Part shown: piece by piece, positions 57,303-64,000 of the stretch
How the letters are laid out: each line of letters begins with the position of its first letter
Position numbering within the stretch: the first letter of the stretch is position 1
From: an uncultured delta proteobacterium
GTDB taxonomy: Bacteria > Desulfobacterota > Desulfobacteria > Desulfobacterales > Desulfosalsimonadaceae
Direction of reading: 5' to 3'
Assembly (NCBI GenBank): GCA_963826785.1
Contig: CAWGYD010000006.1
Location: 736,001-800,000 of the forward strand
DNA length: 64,000 nt
Made by a program: the position numbers and the translations under genes
Notes under the pieces: generated by a model
The model's input: the letters and a program-made list of their open reading frames with translations, nothing else
The model's database searches: none
Told to the model about the DNA's origin: nothing

Positions 57303-59582
57303 CTACTGAGAATCGATCCGGGCGTATGATCCGGACAGCATCGCATCGAATGAGAAGGATTCGTTGAATATTTCCAAAAGCTTGATGTTCTGCTTGGTCA
57401 TCATCAGGCAGTTGCCCACGATGGCATAATAGAGGATGCTCAATCGGGTATTGGAAAGGTCCTTCCGGATCCGGTCGATCTGGTTGCGGTTGAACTGGTC
57501 GGCCAGGGTCCGCATGTGCCGGTATAAATCCACGATATTGGCGTAATCGACGATCTGCTTGTTCTGAAAAGAGATCTCGACTTTGAGCAGGATGTCTAAA
57601 ATGCAGATCTTGATCTGCTTGAGTTCATCCACCTGGCTCTCCAGAAGACCCCGGTGCATGTTGTTGACATGCATGTAGGAACGCAGCGTGGTGTCCCGGT
57701 GGCCGTCGGAGAGCTTCTGCAGACGCCGGATGATCTGGGCATATTTAAAGGATACCTGGGCATCCTTCTTCTGCAGCAGCCGAAGGACCTTGAATACATT
57801 TGCCATGATGATGTTGGCCCAGAGCTGGATTTCCCTGACCCGCCGCCGCTGCCGGCCGAGTTCGACGGCATCTTGTGCGAACAGCGCGTCGAAGGTGATA
57901 TCCATGGACTCGCGGATTTCCCTGAGCAGAAATGCCAGGTGCTCAAAAGTGTCGGAAACGGCCTGCCGGGGGTCTGTGACATTGCGCAGGGTGATGACCC
58001 GTATGTTTTTTTTCTGCTCCACATGGATCTTGTGCTTCAGGTGATTCTTCCGGATCAGGTAGAGGGCGGCGATGATGAGGGCGGCCACTCCCGGGGTATG
58101 AAAATAGTAGATGATGTTGGCAAACACGTAGGCGACGCTGAAAGCGATCAGCGCCGTCATGAACCATCCGCCGATGACCACCAGTACGCCGGTGATTCTG
58201 AATACGGCGGTCTCCCTTCCCCAGGCCCGGTCGGAAAATGAAGATCCCATGGCCACCATGAAGGTGACATAGGTGGTGGAAAGCGGAAGCTTCAAAGAGG
58301 TGGCAAAGGAGACCACCGCACTGGCCACCATCAGGTTGACCGAGGCACGGACCAGGTCAAAAGGTGCTTTTTTCTCCCCTTTATCCGCCGGTATCTGCAC
58401 CCGGGGATCGATGCGGCGGTCGACGAATTCCCGGAAATTTTTAGGGATCACCTTCAATACGGCCGAATTGATCGAGTCTGCCATCTGGATGATGGTCCGG
58501 GACAGCCAGATGGATTCAAACCGTTCCGTTCCTTCCTCCTGCTTGCCCAGGCTGATTTCGGTTTCCGTGACGGACCGGGCCTTGCGTGAAAGCCACAGGG
58601 TCAGCACCATGATCATCCCCGCCAGCAGCAGCAGTCCGGTCTGGGATTGCATTTTATGGCTCAAGGCCCCCATGGTCGCATCCAGGGGGGCATCCGTGGC
58701 CATGGCCGTTCGGTAGGCGTAAAGACCCGCCAGGGGCACGCCGATGAAGTTCACCAGATCGTTGGCGGCAAAAGCCATGGCCAGGGCAAAGGTTCCCACC
58801 AGCACGATGGGTTTTAAAATATTGACGTTAAAAAAACTGATGAGGATTTGAAACATTGCGGCGCTGAACAGGAATATGGCGAAAAGGAGCGTGGCCGAAT
58901 GGGTATTGATCCATTCCACCGTTTCAGGCGTCATGAAGGACGCCCCGCCGGCCCCCTTGACCAGGATGAAAAAAGTGATGACCGACATGGCCATGCCCCC
59001 CCACAGGGCGCCGTATCGCTTGAGCCGGACATGGTAATCAAAAGTGAAGATCAGCCGGGTGATGAACTGGACCACCGCGCCGAAGAAGAACGCCACCACG
59101 ATGGACAGCAGGATGCCGAAGATGATGATCATGGCTTTGGCGGTATTGATGTATTCGCCCAGGGTCAGCGCATCTGCGTGCGCATGCAGGATCTTTGCCG
59201 CTGAAATGGCCACCGCAGCGCCCAGGAGTTCAAAAACAATGGAAACGGTGGTGGAAGTGGGCAGGCCATAGGTGTTGAACAGGTCCAGCAGGAGGATGTC
59301 GGTGAGCATCACCCCCAGAAAGATCATCATGAGTTCGGGCATGGTAAAAAACTGGGGATGAAAAATGCCTTTGCGGGCGACCTCCATCATGCCGCTGGAG
59401 AAGGTCACCCCGGCCAGGATGCCGAGGCTGGCCACGGTCATGATGATGTAATAGGGCGCCACCCGGGAGCCGATGGAGGAGTTTAAAAAATTGACCGCAT
59501 CGTTGGCAACGCCCACCACCAGGTCCGAAACGGCGGCCAGCATCAGAAGGATCACCGCAATAAAGAAAATTTCAGTGCCCAT
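57303..59582 (-). CDS. Inorganic phosphate transporter (PiT family) with C-terminal helical PhoU-like region
   Basis: GVANDAVNF, PTSTT, AANDLVNF and PLSTT motifs. Confidence 0.9.
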   Translation of the reverse strand: MGTEIFFIAVILLMLAAVSDLVVGVANDAVNFLNSSIGSRVAPYYIIMTVASLGILAGVTFSSGMMEVARKGIFHPQFFTMPELMMIFLGVMLTDILLLDLFNTYGLPTSTTVSIVFELLGAAVAISAAKILHAHADALTLGEYINTAKAMIIIFGILLSIVVAFFFGAVVQFITRLIFTFDYHVRLKRYGALWGGMAMSVITFFILVKGAGGASFMTPETVEWINTHSATLLFAIFLFSAAMFQILISFFNVNILKPIVLVGTFALAMAFAANDLVNFIGVPLAGLYAYRTAMATDAPLDATMGALSHKMQSQTGLLLLAGMIMVLTLWLSRKARSVTETEISLGKQEEGTERFESIWLSRTIIQMADSINSAVLKVIPKNFREFVDRRIDPRVQIPADKGEKKAPFDLVRASVNLMVASAVVSFATSLKLPLSTTYVTFMVAMGSSFSDRAWGRETAVFRITGVLVVIGGWFMTALIAFSVAYVFANIIYYFHTPGVAALIIAALYLIRKNHLKHKIHVEQKKNIRVITLRNVTDPRQAVSDTFEHLAFLLREIRESMDITFDALFAQDAVELGRQRRRVREIQLWANIIMANVFKVLRLLQKKDAQVSFKYAQIIRRLQKLSDGHRDTTLRSYMHVNNMHRGLLESQVDELKQIKICILDILLKVEISFQNKQIVDYANIVDLYRHMRTLADQFNRNQIDRIRKDLSNTRLSILYYAIVGNCLMMTKQNIKLLEIFNESFSFDAMLSGSYARIDSQ

Positions 59583-59849
59583 GTATTTCTCCCGGTCCAA
59601 AAAATATACACATCAGGTGAGGCGCCTCAAGCAGAGAAAGGTCTATTTATTGGAAAAGGCGGGGTAAAAACAAGAAAATTCTGCATTCGCAGTACAGATG
59701 CGGCCTGGCTTTATGCGCAGAATTTCAAAGGCGGGATGGAAGCACAGACCCATCGGTGATGAGCGGAAGAAATCCTTCTCATCGCTTTGCTGAAAGAGGG
59801 GAGATGCGGCCCTGCCCGGGACAGCGCTCATCGGGGCAGGGCCTTTGGA

Positions 59850-60290
59850 TCAAAAGGGAATATCATCATCGATGGCCGAGGCCGGAGCGGACCCTGCATT
59901 TGCCGGTTCATAGGTGTCTTCGGAGCGGGAGGGGGCATTGTAGGCGCCGCCGGCGGTCTTTGGATCCAGCATCTGCATGTCGCTGGCCACGATCTCCGTG
60001 GTATAGCGGGTGACTCCGTCCTGTTCCCATGAGCGGGTCTGCAGCCGTCCTTCAATATAGACCTGGCGCCCCTTGGAAAGAAACTGGCCGCAGATTTCGC
60101 CCAGCTTGCCGAATGCCACCACCTTGTGCCATTCGGTCTTTTCCTTTTTTTCCCCGGAACTCTTGTCGGTCCAGTCTTCACTTGTGGCAACCGTAAAATT
60201 GGCGATCGCCGTACCCCCCTGGGAGTACCGGATTTCCGGGTCACGGCCAAGCCTTCCGATCAGCATTGCCTTGTTCAATCCTCTTGCCAT
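59850..60290 (-). CDS. ssb: Single-stranded DNA-binding protein
   Basis: [18 protein letters not shown] and C-terminal DDDIPF. Confidence 0.97.
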   Translation of the reverse strand: MARGLNKAMLIGRLGRDPEIRYSQGGTAIANFTVATSEDWTDKSSGEKKEKTEWHKVVAFGKLGEICGQFLSKGRQVYIEGRLQTRSWEQDGVTRYTTEIVASDMQMLDPKTAGGAYNAPSRSEDTYEPANAGSAPASAIDDDIPF

Positions 60291-60363
60291 GATCACCCCT
60301 CTTTTCTGGTCAGTTTGGGTTTATATTGGACTGGATCGCCGGTTCCGGCGATCCAGATCGAGC

Positions 60364-60534
60364 CTACTCTTCGATATTTTTCGGTTGATCCGGAGAATGC
60401 CGGACGGGTTTGTTTTTGCCGGTCAACTGACAGGCATCTTTCATTCATGTGGATACTCCCATTTTAGGTAGAATCCACGCCTGGAGGGCGTACCAGATGC
60501 CGATAAAAAGTCCGATGAATATAATGGTTTTCAT
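60364..60534 (-). CDS. Candidate small membrane selenoprotein (56 aa, UxxxxC)
   Basis: MKTIIFIGLFIGIWYALQAWILPKMGVST(UGA)MKDACQLTGKNKPVRHSPDQPKNIEE*; SECIS-like hairpin immediately 3' of the UGA. Confidence 0.65.
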
Positions 60535-60735
60535 ATCTTAAAAATTCCCGCATCTTTAGGGTGGTTGTGTTTTTACCGGTGAAATAGAAGAGAGCGTCTG
60601 AAAAATTGAGAAGCAGTCCGGTTAAAATTTTTTTCAATGTAAATTAAAAGCAGAAAAATGTCAAAATAGAAAAAGACAGCCGGGGTGTGGCCGCGACCGG
60701 CAAATCCGAAAGAAGCCATCAAGACCGCCATTTGT

Positions 60736-60765
60736 TTGACAAAATGGGTAATAATTCAATATAAT
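60736..60765 (+). promoter_or_regulatory. Sigma-70 consensus promoter
   Basis: TTGACA-N18-TATAAT. Confidence 0.7.
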
Positions 60766-60790
60766 TAATTAATTGAGATCAGGGGGAGAG

Positions 60791-61021
60791 ATGGAAAACG
60801 ATACGGCTCGCAGTGTCGAAATTCAACGGCTGGTGTATCTTTCCGCGGAGCGCACCCTTTTGTCATGGATCCGAACGGCACTGGGTTTGATGGCGCTTGG
60901 GTTTGAGAAATTAAAAGATACCGATCCCGGCCCGGGGCTGTTTCCGGCCATCGCGTTTTCGCTCCTGATGGCCGCCGCAGGAGTTGCCGTTGCCGGTTTT
61001 CTGATGGCCGTGAAGTACTGA
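60791..61021 (+). CDS. DUF202/YidH-like small membrane protein (shortened)
   Basis: LSAERTLLSWIRTALGLMALGF motif. Confidence 0.7.
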   Translation: MENDTARSVEIQRLVYLSAERTLLSWIRTALGLMALGFEKLKDTDPGPGLFPAIAFSLLMAAAGVAVAGFLMAVKY

Positions 61022-61079
61022 CGAAAAATTCGGTTACCATCGTTTGGCAAATTTTAAACCAGTTGAAAAGGGGGATGTG

Positions 61080-61505
61080 ATGGAAGAACTCAAGCCAGGC
61101 CTGATCCATGAATTTATTTTTACGGTTCCGGAATCCAAGACGGTTCCCCATTTATTTCCGGAAGCGGCCGAGTTTCAGGTTATGCCCCATGTGCTGGCAA
61201 CCGGCTACCTGGTGGGCCTGATCGAGTGGGCCTGCATTCAGGCGATCCGCCCTCACATCAACTGGCCGCTGGAGCAGTCGGTGGGCATTCGGGTGGATAT
61301 CTCGCATATGGCCGCCACTCCGCCGGGAATGTCGGTAACCGTTCGGGTGGAGCTGATTGAAAAGACGGGCCGGAAGCTGAAATTCGAAGTGCAGGCCGAC
61401 GATGATGCCGAGACCATCTGCCGGGGCACCCATGAGCGCTTCATCATCGACTCGGAAAAATTCATCGACAAGATCACGGTCAAGCAGAAACAGGCCGGAT
61501 TTTGA
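61080..61505 (+). CDS. FlK-like hotdog thioesterase
   Basis: VLATGYLVGLIE, SVG, HMAATPPG and GTHERF motifs. Confidence 0.88.
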   Translation: MEELKPGLIHEFIFTVPESKTVPHLFPEAAEFQVMPHVLATGYLVGLIEWACIQAIRPHINWPLEQSVGIRVDISHMAATPPGMSVTVRVELIEKTGRKLKFEVQADDDAETICRGTHERFIIDSEKFIDKITVKQKQAGF

Positions 61506-61934
61506 TTTAGGGGTGAAGGCGGCCGCCCGGATTCTATCGGGTCCAAATCAGCCTTTTGGCCACGCCATGGTATTTATTATCGGCAGATATTGACATGCCT
61601 GAAAACGGATTTATATTTAGAACAAAATTATACCTGTTGAATTGTAAGTATCTGAATTTCATTTTTTTCAAATCACTGTCGCCATGAATGAAACTGATTT
61701 GAAGAAACCGGTGCAGCAATTACAGCGGTGCAGCATCGCCAGGCTGTTCCGGCCTCACCTGTCGATTTCACTTTTGATGTTTATCTTTTGGAAACCGGCC
61801 GGGGACATCCTGTCCCCATCCTGATTCCTTGTGGCCGGAATTATTATAATTTTTTTCCTGATCCGTTGGCATGAGTGATTCATGCGGGCGGTTTGGATAT
61901 TTAATTCATAACCTTTTAATTTGTGGGGATTTGC

Positions 61935-62225
61935 ATGATGAAAATCAAACCGTTGAATGACCGAATTCTGGTAAAGCGGGAAGAGGGCGAAAAAAAGACC
62001 AAGGGCGGGCTTATCATTCCGGATACCGCCAAGGAAAAGCCGCAGAAGGGGACAGTGGTGGCCGTGGGGCCCGGAAAGATGGGCGAGGACGGCAAGCGGA
62101 TTTCCATGGATGTCAAGGCCGGCGACAAAATTCTTTTTTCCAAGTACGCAGGGACGGAGATCAAAATCGATGATGTCGAGCATTCCTTCATGCGGGAAGA
62201 CGATATACTTGGGATTATCAGCTAA
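61935..62225 (+). CDS. groES: Co-chaperonin GroES
   Basis: [23 protein letters not shown] and KYAGTE motifs. Confidence 0.97.
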   Translation: MMKIKPLNDRILVKREEGEKKTKGGLIIPDTAKEKPQKGTVVAVGPGKMGEDGKRISMDVKAGDKILFSKYAGTEIKIDDVEHSFMREDDILGIIS

Positions 62226-62229
62226 ATAA

Positions 62230-63879
<1,650 letters not shown>

Positions 63880-63939
63880 TGCGGCTGAAAAGCCGTTGCG
63901 GCCATATGCCGCAGCTGTCGCGGATATGAACTGAAATAG

Positions 63940-63982
63940 AAGGGGCGCCGTTTTGATTTGACCAAACGGCGCCCCTTTTTTT
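63940..63982 (+). terminator. Rho-independent terminator after groEL
   Basis: AAGGGGCGCCGTTT / AAACGGCGCCCCTT followed by a T tract. Confidence 0.9.
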
Positions 63983-64000
63983 ATGGTCTTTGCGTAAAAC

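Overview
GC-rich bacterial chromosomal DNA. Gene content suggests an anaerobic deltaproteobacterium such as Desulfobacterota (inference). Main blocks in order: (1) a divergent XRE-type regulator and a self-contained type II fatty-acid synthase cluster (fabD, FabL-like reductase, fabA, fabG, fabZ, fabB/F, atypical ACP, acyltransferase, PPTase, PA3286-type KAS III); (2) mixed housekeeping and envelope genes (serA, priA, gltA, recN, OmpA/DUF4398, MscS, Cache/PAS hybrid kinase, split NDP-forming acyl-CoA synthetase); (3) a TetR-led beta-oxidation and ring-cleavage operon with BadI-like and BadH-like enzymes and non-decarboxylating glutaryl-CoA dehydrogenase; (4) mgtE, YitT, degenerate pgl plus ROK kinase, and a PIN-like orphan; (5) a rhombosortase paired with a VIT-vWA target, a PiT transporter, ssb and groES-groEL. 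Signals missing from the ORF track: a candidate 56-aa membrane selenoprotein (in-frame UGA plus SECIS-like hairpin) upstream of ssb, a Pro-containing 26-aa leader ORF upstream of mgtE, and several families of intergenic palindromic repeats. At least five frameshifts are confined to 32-38.2 kb and are probably sequence errors. No rRNA, tRNA, CRISPR array or transposase was recognised.
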